Positions 8,446 to 18,662 of a stretch of DNA of 27,913 nt are shown here, piece after piece. The first letter of the stretch is position 1, and every line of letters begins with the position of its first letter. The stretch lies in contig JBHLMP010000018.1 in assembly GCA_048938025.1 (NCBI GenBank), positions 1 to 27,913 of the forward strand. The letters run 5' to 3'. This stretch comes from Promethearchaeota archaeon. GTDB lineage: Archaea; Asgardarchaeota; Lokiarchaeia; Sigyniarchaeales; SOKP01. Position numbers and translations under genes: made by a program. The notes under the pieces are model-generated. The model was given only the letters and a program-made list of their open reading frames with translations, ran no database searches and was not told the DNA's origin.

Positions 8446-9387
8446 ATGGTTAAATTAAAAGAAGCTATAGGGTCTTGTCAGGAAGAATTTTTTCTTCCAG
8501 GAAATTCGTGTTGTGCAGGATGTGGTTTAGAACTTGCGCTTAGATGGGCAATAAAAGCGTTAGGGGCTAACACAGCTCTTGTAACCCCTGCCTCCTGCCT
8601 AAATGTAGTTGTAGGATTATGGCCTAAAACAGCACCAAATTTTCCTTTTACAAATATGGCTTTTGCTGCAGGAGCAGCAGCAGCAACAGGTCTATCTGCA
8701 GCTTTTAAGGCTAAAGCATATAGATTTCCAGGAAAAGGATGGGATGAAATGACGGCACTTACTTTTGCTGGTGATGGTGGTACTGCAGATATAGGAATTC
8801 AAGGTTTAAGTGGAGCAGCAGAAAGAAATTCCGATCAAATTTATGTATGTTACGACAATGAGGCATACATGAACACAGGAATTCAAAGATCTTCAAGTAC
8901 ACCGCATGGTGCGTGGACAAGTACAACCACAAAGGGAAAAGACCGCTTTAAAAAGAATCTTCCAGCAATTATGGCTGCTCATGATATTCCTTATATAGCA
9001 ACATGTTCTATTAGTGAACCACTTGATTTATATGATAAATTTAAAAAAGCTAAGTCCATTAAGGGATGTAAATACATTCACATTCTTGCTCCGTGCCCTC
9101 CTGGATGGGGTTTTGACAGTTCAGAATCAATAGAGATTGCTCGATTAGCTGTAAAAACTGGTTCATGGATTTTATACGAAATAGAAAATGGGATTATGAA
9201 GTTATCAAAAGCAAGTAAACTACTATTGGATCCTTCTAGGAGAACTCCACTAATAGATTACCTTTCTAAACAAAAAAGATTCGCTAATATTTCAGAAAAA
9301 GATCTAATTGAACTCCAAGAATATTTAGATCATACTTGGAAACGTCTCGAAGTTGATTTAAGTTGCCAAGACCAATATCCAAAATAA
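8446..9387 (+). CDS. porB: 2-oxoacid:ferredoxin oxidoreductase beta subunit (TPP-binding)
   Basis: CAGCG, GDGGTADIG, DNEAYMNTGIQRS, PCPPGW. Start moved from 8404 to the ATG at 8446, which follows GGAGGT and the porA stop. Confidence 0.92.
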   Translation: MVKLKEAIGSCQEEFFLPGNSCCAGCGLELALRWAIKALGANTALVTPASCLNVVVGLWPKTAPNFPFTNMAFAAGAAAATGLSAAFKAKAYRFPGKGWDEMTALTFAGDGGTADIGIQGLSGAAERNSDQIYVCYDNEAYMNTGIQRSSSTPHGAWTSTTTKGKDRFKKNLPAIMAAHDIPYIATCSISEPLDLYDKFKKAKSIKGCKYIHILAPCPPGWGFDSSESIEIARLAVKTGSWILYEIENGIMKLSKASKLLLDPSRRTPLIDYLSKQKRFANISEKDLIELQEYLDHTWKRLEVDLSCQDQYPK

Positions 9388-9447
9388 TCTTTAAATTTTT
9401 TGTTATCTCATCTTTTATTATTAATTTTAATTTTTGATTGAGCTCAA

Positions 9448-10113
9448 ATGGGATTTTTAATAAGGCTGGCTGGGAAAGATTTAAAAGACACTGAGTTTTA
9501 TTTACAAATTGCGGCAGAGAAGATAATCGAAGGAAAAGTAATTGCTTTTCCTACTAATTCTGTTTATGGTATAGGCGGTGATCCACAAAATCTTGATGTT
9601 GTTGAGCGAATATTTGAGATAAAATTTCGAGAGCGATCTAAAGGATTATTATTACTCGTTTCTGACTTTGAGGAAGCTTCTAAAATAGTTGAATTTAATG
9701 AAATTGCTAAAAAATTAGCGGATAAATATTGGCCAGGACAATTAACTCTAATTTTAAAAAGAAAGGAACCAAATATCATCCCCTTAGAAGTATCAGCTCA
9801 TCAAGATACATTAGGTCTAAGAGTTCCTGAGAATAAAATCATCTTAAAAATTTTAAAGATATTAAAGGAGAAAGGGTATTTAGGGGGGATTATAGGAACT
9901 TCTGCTAATTACTCAGGTGAACCACCTTCTATTAGTGGAGATGAAGTGGTAAAAAAATTATTAAGCCCAATAGATTTAATAATAGATGGAGGGAAATCAA
10001 AATCAAAAACCCCTACAACAATTGTCGACTCTACCACCCAAAAGTTAAAATTTTTGCGAATTGGAAAGATTTCTAAAGAAGAAATAAATGAATATTTGTC
10101 TAGTTTTCAATAA
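9448..10113 (+). CDS. tsaC: L-threonylcarbamoyladenylate synthase (TsaC/YrdC type, no SUA5 domain)
   Basis: FPTNSVYGIG, KFR (KxR), WPGQLTLIL, GLRVP, TSANYSG, PTTIVD. Confidence 0.9.
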   Translation: MGFLIRLAGKDLKDTEFYLQIAAEKIIEGKVIAFPTNSVYGIGGDPQNLDVVERIFEIKFRERSKGLLLLVSDFEEASKIVEFNEIAKKLADKYWPGQLTLILKRKEPNIIPLEVSAHQDTLGLRVPENKIILKILKILKEKGYLGGIIGTSANYSGEPPSISGDEVVKKLLSPIDLIIDGGKSKSKTPTTIVDSTTQKLKFLRIGKISKEEINEYLSSFQ

Positions 10114-10124
10114 GAAATATTAGT

Positions 10125-10637
10125 GTGATAAAATTGAAAAATTTTAACCTGCTAGTCTCAACATCTAGATTCAATGAAATTAATGCAAAGGCAGAACTTT
10201 GGTTTACACTATTAATATGCGGTGATGATTATCCGATTATCTCAAGATTAAATTTTCCGGGATTGGTAACAGGTTTAACCAATTTGAGTATTAAAGAGGT
10301 AATTTTAAAAATTAAGAAAATTTTAGAAAAAGATCCATATTTTTTTCAATATATTTTAAAAATAATTCCAATAGATTTTGTTTGTGAGACAAACTCTCAA
10401 GTTATAAATCAATTAGTAGAATCGCATTATAGAGATTATTTTAATGATAATGATTCTTATAAAATAACATTAAAACGTAGGAAACATGAGCAAATTGAAA
10501 GAGTTAATTTTATACAAAAACTTGCTAAAAACATTCCTAATAAAGTAGATCTTGAAAACCCTGATAAATTCATTAGAATAGAGATTCTGGGTAGTATTTG
10601 TGGAATATCATTTCTCTCAAAAGAGGATATTATTTAA
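10125..10637 (+). CDS. THUMP domain protein (Tan1-like RNA-modification adaptor)
   Basis: NLLVSTSR, KIIPID, YKITLKRR, KVDLENPDKFIRIEILG. Confidence 0.85.
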   Translation: MIKLKNFNLLVSTSRFNEINAKAELWFTLLICGDDYPIISRLNFPGLVTGLTNLSIKEVILKIKKILEKDPYFFQYILKIIPIDFVCETNSQVINQLVESHYRDYFNDNDSYKITLKRRKHEQIERVNFIQKLAKNIPNKVDLENPDKFIRIEILGSICGISFLSKEDII

Positions 10638-10660
10638 ATTAAAATTTATATAAAGTGAAA

Positions 10661-11350
10661 TTAATCAACTTTTAGCTTCTCTGTATTTAAAAGAGCCATT
10701 TTTTCACATAATAAATCATGAAGAGCCATATATATGTCGTTTAAATTATAGTCTAATTGCTTTTCGTTAAAATTATGAACTCCATAGGATTTTAAAACAG
10801 AGGAGAGTTGCTTATTGGAGATCTCATAAAAGTTTTTAATCATGTTGAATTTTTCAACTGATTGGTCGTTTATTGTTATATCTATTTCATAAGCGTTTAA
10901 ATTTAGTAATGTATTATTGTTAATTTCTTTTAAATTATTTACTGAGGAAATAATACAAGATATTAAGTTATTCTTTTTTAATTCAATATCAGTAATCCCA
11001 AAAGCATCAATTCCTTTACTAATTTGCCGATTAGTTGATAAATATAGGAATATTTCAATATTTCTTTTATTTGAAATATTTAGATTTTGAAGAAATGCCT
11101 TTTGTAGATAATATCCTGCTGTAAAGATATGATCTTGGTTTAAAATGTATTTACTCTTAATAAGTTGTATAGTTGAGTTTAAAAATTTATTTTGAATAGC
11201 TTCAATTTTATCAAAAATAAGATCTTCGGTTTTTTTCTCATCAGTAATTTTATTTCTCTCAAGAAATTTCTTTAGATCGATCTTAATTTGATTTATCCCA
11301 ATAAAATAGTGTAAATTTAAATCTTTAATTTTAAATTCCTTTACAATCAT
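10661..11350 (-). CDS. cgi121: KEOPS complex subunit Cgi121-like
   Basis: EIFLYLSTNRQISKGIDAFGI and C-terminal LLCEKMALL. The start at 11350 overlaps the ecfT stop (ATGA). Confidence 0.8.
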   Translation of the reverse strand: MIVKEFKIKDLNLHYFIGINQIKIDLKKFLERNKITDEKKTEDLIFDKIEAIQNKFLNSTIQLIKSKYILNQDHIFTAGYYLQKAFLQNLNISNKRNIEIFLYLSTNRQISKGIDAFGITDIELKKNNLISCIISSVNNLKEINNNTLLNLNAYEIDITINDQSVEKFNMIKNFYEISNKQLSSVLKSYGVHNFNEKQLDYNLNDIYMALHDLLCEKMALLNTEKLKVD

Positions 11351-12114
11351 ACTATCAATTCCCAACTCAGCCAATCTGGCATGATTGCGAAATTAATTCG
11401 AACTATAATTGAAATTATTAAAAATGATAATAAATATAATGTAAAAATCCAATCTTTAAATGAATATTTTATTCTATAATAATATGTACGTTCCTTTTTG
11501 CTTCCAAATGCTCTAGATTCAAGAGCTTCTGCTACATTGAAAGCTCTTTTTATAGAACAAATTATTAAGGGAATTAATAAGGGAAAAAGGTTTTTAATTT
11601 GATTGATAAGTCCACTTTTTTGCATTTCATATCCCCGACTTTGTTGAGCATCTATAATATTTTGTGCTTCAGTTGCAATTGTAGGGATAAATCTGAAAGC
11701 TAATGATAAAGAAAAGGCAAATTCATAAGGAAATTTCATTGATATTAAAGATAATGCTAAATCATTGGGATCAGAAGTCAAGAAAAAGATTGAAAAAGCC
11801 GATATCATTATGCAAATTCTAATAATCATTGAAATTGCAAATGACAATGACAGAAAAAAAGTATTTAAAATTATTATAAGAAGAATTAAAAATGATAAGC
11901 TTTGGATGCTTTTAAGCCATTGTTTTATTAATTTTCCTACCAAAATAAGAGGTATTAAACTCAAGAAAATTACGATTAAAGGAATGATTTCAGTAAAAAG
12001 TAAAGCACTAATAGAGTATATTAATGCAAATATTAATTTTGCTCGTGGATCCAAGTTATGGATGAATGAATCTTTTTTCATGAACTTAAAAGCATTGAGA
12101 AATTCTAAAGACAT
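11347..12114 (-). CDS. ecfT: ECF transporter transmembrane component T
   Basis: LDPRAKL, AFRFIPTI, AQQSRG and ALESRAF motifs; several TM helices. Confidence 0.93.
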   Translation of the reverse strand: MSLEFLNAFKFMKKDSFIHNLDPRAKLIFALIYSISALLFTEIIPLIVIFLSLIPLILVGKLIKQWLKSIQSLSFLILLIIILNTFFLSLSFAISMIIRICIMISAFSIFFLTSDPNDLALSLISMKFPYEFAFSLSLAFRFIPTIATEAQNIIDAQQSRGYEMQKSGLINQIKNLFPLLIPLIICSIKRAFNVAEALESRAFGSKKERTYYYRIKYSFKDWIFTLYLLSFLIISIIVRINFAIMPDWLSWELIV

Positions 12115-12996
12115 TTAATCATTACCTTCCACGATCTCACTGGTTTTATTTTTTATAAAATTTTTAATGAAATTGGTCAATTTATCTCTTGAAAATAAGT
12201 CATTTGGACATTCAATTCCTGATTTTTGTAAAGCTAAATTAAGTTGATGAGTTTGGGGTAATATTAAAGATGCTTTTTCAACTAATATTTGGTTTCCTAA
12301 TACTTTTTCTGTTGGTCCATCAGCCAAAATTAGTCCGTCTACCATTAAAATCGTTCTTGGTATATATTCATTGGCAAATTCAATGTTATGAGTAACTATT
12401 ATTATTGTTTTTCCTTTCTTCCTTTCATTGTTAATTAAGTTAATTAAAAATTCTATTTCTCTTCCATCTTGTCCCAATGTAGGTTCATCAAATACTATAA
12501 TATCAGGGTCTCTGCAGATTATGGAAGCCAGAGCTAATTTTTTTGCTTCTCCACCAGATAAATTAAGTGGAGATCTATTTCTATACTTTTCAAGGTTAAA
12601 TTCTTTTAATATTCCGTTTGTCTTGTTTTGAATTTCTTCCTTAGTGAACTCAAAACTTTTTAATGAAAATTCAATCTCATCCTTTACTGAGTTTGAAAAT
12701 AATTGATGCATTGGATTTTGAAAAATAACACCTACTTTTTTAGATAAAGTTGCTATACTTTTAGAAGCAGTATTTTCGCCATAAAGGTATATTGCTCCCT
12801 TTGTTGGCCGGATTAACCCATTTAAAGTCCTGATTAGAGTTGTTTTTCCAGCTCCATTCTTACCCATAATTCCTATTAATTCTTTATTATCGACTTTCAA
12901 ATTAATATTTCTTAATGCTTTGGTTCCGTTAGGATAAGTAAAATCTAAATTATTTATGAGAATTAAGGGTACTTGTTTCTCTATATCTTTCACCAA
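12115..12996 (-). CDS. ecfA2: ECF transporter ATPase
   Basis: GKNGAGKTT, FQNP, LSGGE, DEPT, H-loop. Confidence 0.92.
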   Translation of the reverse strand: MVKDIEKQVPLILINNLDFTYPNGTKALRNINLKVDNKELIGIMGKNGAGKTTLIRTLNGLIRPTKGAIYLYGENTASKSIATLSKKVGVIFQNPMHQLFSNSVKDEIEFSLKSFEFTKEEIQNKTNGILKEFNLEKYRNRSPLNLSGGEAKKLALASIICRDPDIIVFDEPTLGQDGREIEFLINLINNERKKGKTIIIVTHNIEFANEYIPRTILMVDGLILADGPTEKVLGNQILVEKASLILPQTHQLNLALQKSGIECPNDLFSRDKLTNFIKNFIKNKTSEIVEGND

Positions 12997-13005
12997 CCTG
13001 TTTAA

Positions 13006-13842
13006 TCATAAACTTTTTAAATAATTAATTACCTTAGAAATGGAAGTGGGTATATATTGATTAAATAATTTTTCTTCTTTTAATTGATTGAAAATTGAAT
13101 AAATGACAGGTTTATTTAATCTTAATGTATGAAAATTAGTACCATTAATAATTTTATTACTATTATCATGTTCAATTAAGTTTCCGTCTTTCATTAAAAT
13201 TAATTCATCTGCATATGGCAGGACTAAATCTAAACGATGTTCACTAATCAAGATAGTTATCTGTTTTTCTATTTGTATTTCTTTTAACAATTCAATTATT
13301 TTTTTTGCCATATAAGGATCCAATAAAGCAGTAGGCTCATCTAAAACAATAATTTTTGGTTCTAGGACTAAAATAGAAGCAATAGCTACTCTTTGTTGTT
13401 CACCACCACTTAATTCAAAGGGCGCTTTATTTAAAAGGTGTTCAATTTCTGTTATTTTAGTAACTTCTTTTATTTTCTTCGAAATTTCTACAGATTCAAT
13501 ACCCAAATTCTCTAAACCAAAGGCAATTTCATGCTCTACATTCATTGCAACTAATTGATTCTCAGGATTTTGAAACACAATGCCAACTTCAGTAGATAAA
13601 TCTGCGATTGCCGTTATTGTTGTATCTTTTCCAGAGACCTCAACACTTCCCCTATAAAATCCTGAATAAAATTGAGGGATTAAACCATTCATGCATCTAA
13701 TTAACGTTGTTTTACCAGATCCCGTTTCTCCACAGAGTAATATAAACTTATTGTCTTCGATCTTTAAATTAATATTGTTTAATGCATACTCTTCATTCCC
13801 TTTATATCGATAGTAAAAGTTTTTATATTCAATTAGAGTCAT
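13006..13842 (-). CDS. ecfA1: ECF transporter ATPase
   Basis: GETGSGKTT, FQNPENQ, LSGGEQQR, LDEPTALLDP. Confidence 0.92.
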   Translation of the reverse strand: MTLIEYKNFYYRYKGNEEYALNNINLKIEDNKFILLCGETGSGKTTLIRCMNGLIPQFYSGFYRGSVEVSGKDTTITAIADLSTEVGIVFQNPENQLVAMNVEHEIAFGLENLGIESVEISKKIKEVTKITEIEHLLNKAPFELSGGEQQRVAIASILVLEPKIIVLDEPTALLDPYMAKKIIELLKEIQIEKQITILISEHRLDLVLPYADELILMKDGNLIEHDNSNKIINGTNFHTLRLNKPVIYSIFNQLKEEKLFNQYIPTSISKVINYLKSL

Positions 13843-13884
13843 GCTTACAGAAAATTCATTTCCATTTTTGATTATTAATAATAT

Positions 13885-14898
13885 CTATTCATTTAAAACT
13901 TGTTTAATTTTCTCAATGATTTTATCTAAAATATTTTTTACTTCTATTTTGCAAGTTAAAGATGCCGCACCATCATGTCCACCACCACTTCCTTCACAAT
14001 ATTCTGACATTTCTTCTAAAATTTTGCCAACATGTAAACCTGTTCTTAAACAAAGGTTTTTTTTTGCCCTTATTGTAATTATTGATTTTAACTTTTCTTT
14101 TGAATGTACAATACCAATATCAAATCCTACTTTAATCAACATCGATGCAATATTAGATCCGTAACTACTAACATTTGTTATTCCAATTAAATAATCTCCT
14201 TCACGATATAGTTCAACTCTTTGTAAGCCTTTTATTTTTGCAATTTTCTCAGACAGATCTACCTCTGTCTCAAGTAATAATTTTATATCTTGAATATCTA
14301 AATCATTATCCAATAATTTACATACGTTTTTAATGGTTCTATTATTTCCATATCTAAAGTAACCTGTGTCTGTTAAAATAGCAGCAGCTATAAGATATCT
14401 AATTGGAAGGGTTAATTTTAAGTTATTCTTTTCAATCAACTCTAAAATAATTTCTGCCGTAGAAGAAAAGTTCTCAAGTATTAAATTTAATGGATTTAAA
14501 GTATCTAAATTATTTTTTTTTTCTATATAATGATGGTCTATAAAAATAAAGGGAATTTTAGATCCTGAAATTTCGAAATTTCTATCTAAAGCTGTTTGGC
14601 TTGTTTTATTCGTATCTAATATTAAACAGACGTTAAAATTTGATAAGTTAATCGATTTCTCATAAAAAAACGTAAAATCAAGGAACTTTTCACAGAATTT
14701 TTTCATAAATTCTTTTGTAGGTTTTAAAAGATCTGAAAAAATGATAGTGACTTGTTGATTTTCAAAGTATTGGGTTAAAAAATATTTTAACACATAGCAA
14801 GAAGCAAAACCATCAATATCAACTAAATCATGGGTTGTAATCAAAATTTTCTTATTTTTTAGATATGCTAGAAAAGCACTAAATTCATTAGTGGACAT
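13885..14898 (-). CDS. DHH/DHHA1 family phosphoesterase (exosome-superoperon-associated type)
   Basis: THDLVDIDG, IDHH, LTDTG, GGGHDGAA. Confidence 0.9.
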   Translation of the reverse strand: MSTNEFSAFLAYLKNKKILITTHDLVDIDGFASCYVLKYFLTQYFENQQVTIIFSDLLKPTKEFMKKFCEKFLDFTFFYEKSINLSNFNVCLILDTNKTSQTALDRNFEISGSKIPFIFIDHHYIEKKNNLDTLNPLNLILENFSSTAEIILELIEKNNLKLTLPIRYLIAAAILTDTGYFRYGNNRTIKNVCKLLDNDLDIQDIKLLLETEVDLSEKIAKIKGLQRVELYREGDYLIGITNVSSYGSNIASMLIKVGFDIGIVHSKEKLKSIITIRAKKNLCLRTGLHVGKILEEMSEYCEGSGGGHDGAASLTCKIEVKNILDKIIEKIKQVLNE

Positions 14899-15053
14899 AA
14901 ATTTGAAAAATCAATTATTATATTATTAAAATTATTTAGAACCTAATTAATTAAGTTTTTTTATATAAATAGAAAAGTTAATTTAAAATTAAAAATTAAG
15001 ATTATTAGATTAGTTATCAAGGCTATTCATGTCTGTAGTTTGAAGTGATTTAA

Positions 15054-15344
15054 ATGCCCAGTAAAAAGGTTGGAATCAGTGGTCGGTTTAAGGCGAGATA
15101 CGGTGCTACTCTCAGAAAAAGATGGAGACAGATCATGGAAAAACAAAAAGTTGATAGTATGCGATGCCCTAAATGTGAAACAAGAGGATCTATTTATCGT
15201 GTCTCAGTAGGTATTTGGCATTGTAAAAAGTGTAACGCAAAGTTTACTGGTGGAGCTTATAATCTAGATACACCGCGAGGTACAGAATCTTTTCGCGTTG
15301 CAAAACGTAAGCAGAGAGAATTAGAAGTAATTGAGGAAGAATGA
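15054..15344 (+). CDS. rpl37ae: Ribosomal protein L37ae (eL43)
   Basis: GRFKARYGATLRK, CPKC, GIWHCKKC, FTGGAY. Confidence 0.95.
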   Translation: MPSKKVGISGRFKARYGATLRKRWRQIMEKQKVDSMRCPKCETRGSIYRVSVGIWHCKKCNAKFTGGAYNLDTPRGTESFRVAKRKQRELEVIEEE

Positions 15345-15613
15345 ATCCAACTAATTATTTTACAATAAAAGCTACAATTGAAATAATATTTAAGACTCCT
15401 CAATTACGTGATATTTCTTATAACTCTTTTTCCCCAGAATTCAAGAGGTTACAAACAAAAAGATCAGTAGTTTCAATGGAAAAAAATAGTAATAATTCTT
15501 TATCATTTCAAATAGAGAGTCAAGATATTACTGCTTTTAGAGCCACTCTAAATGAGATCATAAGTTTTGGGAAAATAATTGATAATACATTAAAAATTAC
15601 TGATAATTCATAG
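15341..15613 (+). CDS. pcc1: KEOPS complex subunit Pcc1
   Basis: SPE...RS...IESQDITAFRATLN; lies between rpl37ae and pfdB as in other archaea. Confidence 0.85.
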   Translation: MNPTNYFTIKATIEIIFKTPQLRDISYNSFSPEFKRLQTKRSVVSMEKNSNNSLSFQIESQDITAFRATLNEIISFGKIIDNTLKITDNS

Positions 15614-15681
15614 GAAAAAGATTTATTATTTAATATATAGAATAATTTATTGATATAATAAACATAGAGTAATGGAAAAGT

Positions 15682-16044
15682 ATGACTATAAATCTAGACG
15701 AGTTAGATGAAGAACAAAGAAAGAAAATCATTAATTTAAACAATCTACAACAATCCTTTGAATTTATAACAACTCAAAGAATCCAGCTTGAAAGCAATCT
15801 CGGGGATACTGAGATAGCTATAGAAGAGTTAGAAAAAATTAATTCAGATGTTAGTGTATACAAAGCAATAGGAGGAATTTTGTTAAAAAGTGAAAAAAAT
15901 AAATTACTCGATGAGAAAAAGAGTTTAAAAGTTGCATTAGAAATGCGGTTGAAAACATTGAAGCAAAAAGAAGAACGTGTAAAGAATCAAATTGAGACTA
16001 TGAGAAAGGCTCTACAAGCCGACTTTCAAGCTAAAGGAGATTAA
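15682..16044 (+). CDS. pfdB: Prefoldin subunit beta
   Basis: Coiled coils flanking the VYKAIGGILLK hairpin; genomic context. Confidence 0.92.
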   Translation: MTINLDELDEEQRKKIINLNNLQQSFEFITTQRIQLESNLGDTEIAIEELEKINSDVSVYKAIGGILLKSEKNKLLDEKKSLKVALEMRLKTLKQKEERVKNQIETMRKALQADFQAKGD

Positions 16045-16133
16045 TTGGAGGAGTTTTTCTTTTTAAATTTCTCATATACTATTTTTTTATACTAGATTAA
16101 GATGATTTTAAATAATTTGAATTTTTTATTCTC

Positions 16134-16154
16134 TAAAGCATTCTTTTTGCTTTA
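16134..16154. terminator. Possible hairpin/oligo-T terminator between convergent pfdB and rrp42
   Basis: TAAAGCA-ttctttt-TGCTTTA with T/A runs on both sides. Confidence 0.3.
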
Positions 16155-16185
16155 AATAAGTTAAAAAAAATTTTAAATAAAAAAA

Positions 16186-17013
16186 TTATTTATAATTCGT
16201 TTTATATTGCCAAAGATTCAAATCTTTTCTAAGTTTCTTACCAATTTCTAATGATTTGTCACCTAACATTTTAATTTCATCTATGGAAAAGGTAGCAGCT
16301 CCACTTTTTTGAATTGAAGTTATTTTATCTTCTGTAACTGATATTGAAATTTTACCATCACACACTAATTCTTCAGGCAAATTGGGGTCTAAAAAGATTA
16401 TATTATCAATTTTGCCATAAGTAATTACAAAAGGTAATTCATTTACTATTGATTCTCCAGTATAATATTTACCTGTCCACTCAAGATTACCATTCTCAAT
16501 TTTTCCTTCAGGAATATGAGCTGATATTAATGTTGTAAGAGCACTTATTCCTCCTGCATCAATTAGATTTCCATCATAATTTATAACATACATGTCAACA
16601 AATAATATATATACAGCTTCATTTTCTTTGATACAAAGCTTCTTGGTTTGAACACAATCTGCATGTCTAATTCCACGATCAACTACCCTAGCTAATTCAA
16701 TCGACTGTTCATCAGGTGGTCCCCTTTCAAATAGGGGAGAGGCTATAGGTAACAATTCAGCCATGACAGTACAAACTCCTTCATTTGGTAGATCGGGAAA
16801 TGGTGGGCCAACTTCATATTTCAAACCTGTAATTATCCTTGTTTCACCAAGAGAAACATCTGCAGAACCTTCAGCTGAAGAGATAATATCGCTTTGGATT
16901 TTAAATTTACGGTAATCCCAAAGCCCTCTACCATCAATTCTCTCTTGCTTTTTTAAATTATTTATTATATAATTTTTTTCAATTTTTGAAATGACTCTTT
17001 TAACATCCATCAT
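16186..17013 (-). CDS. rrp42: Exosome complex component Rrp42
   Basis: RIDGR, AEGSA, PFPDLPNEG, ELARVVDRGIR, DGNLIDA, SIQKSG. Confidence 0.95.
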   Translation of the reverse strand: MMDVKRVISKIEKNYIINNLKKQERIDGRGLWDYRKFKIQSDIISSAEGSADVSLGETRIITGLKYEVGPPFPDLPNEGVCTVMAELLPIASPLFERGPPDEQSIELARVVDRGIRHADCVQTKKLCIKENEAVYILFVDMYVINYDGNLIDAGGISALTTLISAHIPEGKIENGNLEWTGKYYTGESIVNELPFVITYGKIDNIIFLDPNLPEELVCDGKISISVTEDKITSIQKSGAATFSIDEIKMLGDKSLEIGKKLRKDLNLWQYKTNYK

Positions 17014-17015
17014 TT

Positions 17016-17795
17016 TTAACTTTCACCCTGATTCTCTTTATTGATTTTATCACTTTTTTCTTGTATTGTTAAAAACTTGCTTTTAAGAGCGTCTAATTGA
17101 ATTTGATGAATTCTTTCAAGAGCATCTTTAGCTAGATCAAAAAATTCGCTCATCTCATTCAAATCCATACCTCCATCAAATTGTAATAACGATATTTCTT
17201 TATTATACCATGTTATTGCACATGGTAGATCTGCTTCGCCTGCTTTATCTTCAATTCCAGACAGATCAACTACAATTTTTCCATCAATTTTTCCCACAGC
17301 GACAGCTGATACCAAACTTTTCATAGGTATTCCTGCGTCTGCTAAAGCTAAAGCTGCAACAGTAGTACTTGCACATCTTGTCCCACCATCAGCATCTATA
17401 ACTTCAATAAACACTTCAAAACTCGTACCAGGATATAATTCAAGAAAAAGGATAGGTTCTATACAGTCTGAAATTATCATTGAAATCTCCTTTTCTCGTC
17501 GTCCAGGAGCAGGTCTTTTTCTATCAAACACAGAAAAAGTAGCCATTCTATAAAAAACTCTTAAAACTCCTTGATCTGGTTTAGCTAAATGATGAGGATG
17601 AACTTCTCTTGGCCCATAAACAGCAGCAAAAATTTTATTGTTTCCCCATTCCAAATATGCTGATCCATCAGCATTCTTTATAACACCTACTTCCATCTTG
17701 ATGGGTCTCAACTCATTTTTTTCTCTACCATCAAGTCTTTTACCATCTTCCCGGAATAAAACCTCAGGATATTCATCTTTAATTATTAAAGGCAT
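17016..17795 (-). CDS. rrp41: Exosome complex exonuclease Rrp41
   Basis: RLDGR, ADGSAYLEWG, YGPRE, YRMATFS, RREKEIS, ADGGTRCA, ADAGIPM. Confidence 0.95.
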   Translation of the reverse strand: MPLIIKDEYPEVLFREDGKRLDGREKNELRPIKMEVGVIKNADGSAYLEWGNNKIFAAVYGPREVHPHHLAKPDQGVLRVFYRMATFSVFDRKRPAPGRREKEISMIISDCIEPILFLELYPGTSFEVFIEVIDADGGTRCASTTVAALALADAGIPMKSLVSAVAVGKIDGKIVVDLSGIEDKAGEADLPCAITWYNKEISLLQFDGGMDLNEMSEFFDLAKDALERIHQIQLDALKSKFLTIQEKSDKINKENQGES

Positions 17796-18572
17796 TTATT
17801 CGATACCTCTTTTCTCTTTTTCTTTTATAATAAATTCTTGCATTCTATCTGTTAAGCCCACAGTGTGAGCTTCTGATGCAATTTTATAAATAGATTCAAT
17901 AACTAACCTCTCATGAGCTAAATCTTCGCCCTTTAACCAAATTCGACCATTTTGCGTAACAAAGATATTACAATTCGTTAAATTTTTTAACATTTTAATC
18001 ATAGATCCATTACGACCAATCACTCTTGGTATTTTTGGTGGATCTATAGAAATTACAATTCCATTCGATTTTTTACCTAAATATTTTCCAATTGTAGTCA
18101 ATTCAGGTTGATTTAGACGATCTGCTGAGAGAATTTTTACAATTAAGATATCTCCAATGTCAAATTTATCAGTGGATAATTTTTCTTGTTCAAAATCCTT
18201 TCCTCTTCCTACACGGATTCTCCCCCTTTTTACTGTATTCTTAGGTTTAAGTTGAGCATAGTCTTTAGCGTTTATATCACATTTATATTTAACAGGGTTC
18301 TTGTCAACTACAAGTGCAATTGCCTTATCTCCAGGACGAGGGGTATAGAACCCTCTTAGAGGAATGACATTTATATAATTCTTTTTAATTTGTTTTAATC
18401 CTATATTTAAGGATATAATTTTATCTCCTTCGTTATTTAAAATTGTGCCTCTTCCAGGTAAAAAATTCTTAGTATCTTCTGTTAATACTTCTCCAGGAAC
18501 TACAAGATCTCTAGTAGTTTCTTCATCTTCAAACTCATCGAGTTCTTCGGTCTGATCTTTATCATTTTCCAT
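17796..18572 (-). CDS. rrp4: Exosome RNA-binding subunit Rrp4
   Basis: LVVPGE, YTPRPGD (S1 domain), KIPRVIGRNGSMI (KH), QNGRIW, AHTVGLTDR. Confidence 0.95.
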   Translation of the reverse strand: MENDKDQTEELDEFEDEETTRDLVVPGEVLTEDTKNFLPGRGTILNNEGDKIISLNIGLKQIKKNYINVIPLRGFYTPRPGDKAIALVVDKNPVKYKCDINAKDYAQLKPKNTVKRGRIRVGRGKDFEQEKLSTDKFDIGDILIVKILSADRLNQPELTTIGKYLGKKSNGIVISIDPPKIPRVIGRNGSMIKMLKNLTNCNIFVTQNGRIWLKGEDLAHERLVIESIYKIASEAHTVGLTDRMQEFIIKEKEKRGIE

Positions 18573-18662
18573 TATAATTTTTCACTTTTCGTTAATAATT
18601 ATCCATTACCTAAGCTATATAAAAAAAACAACATAAATCAGAATGAATAAAAACCTTATAGG

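Noticed and set aside
14899-16185. Recombinase-type inverted repeats flanking the inverted three-gene block
   Set aside because: Only a ~10-nt pure A/T match (AAATTATTTA/TAAATAATTT) was found, which is expected by chance here, and no invertase is in the window.
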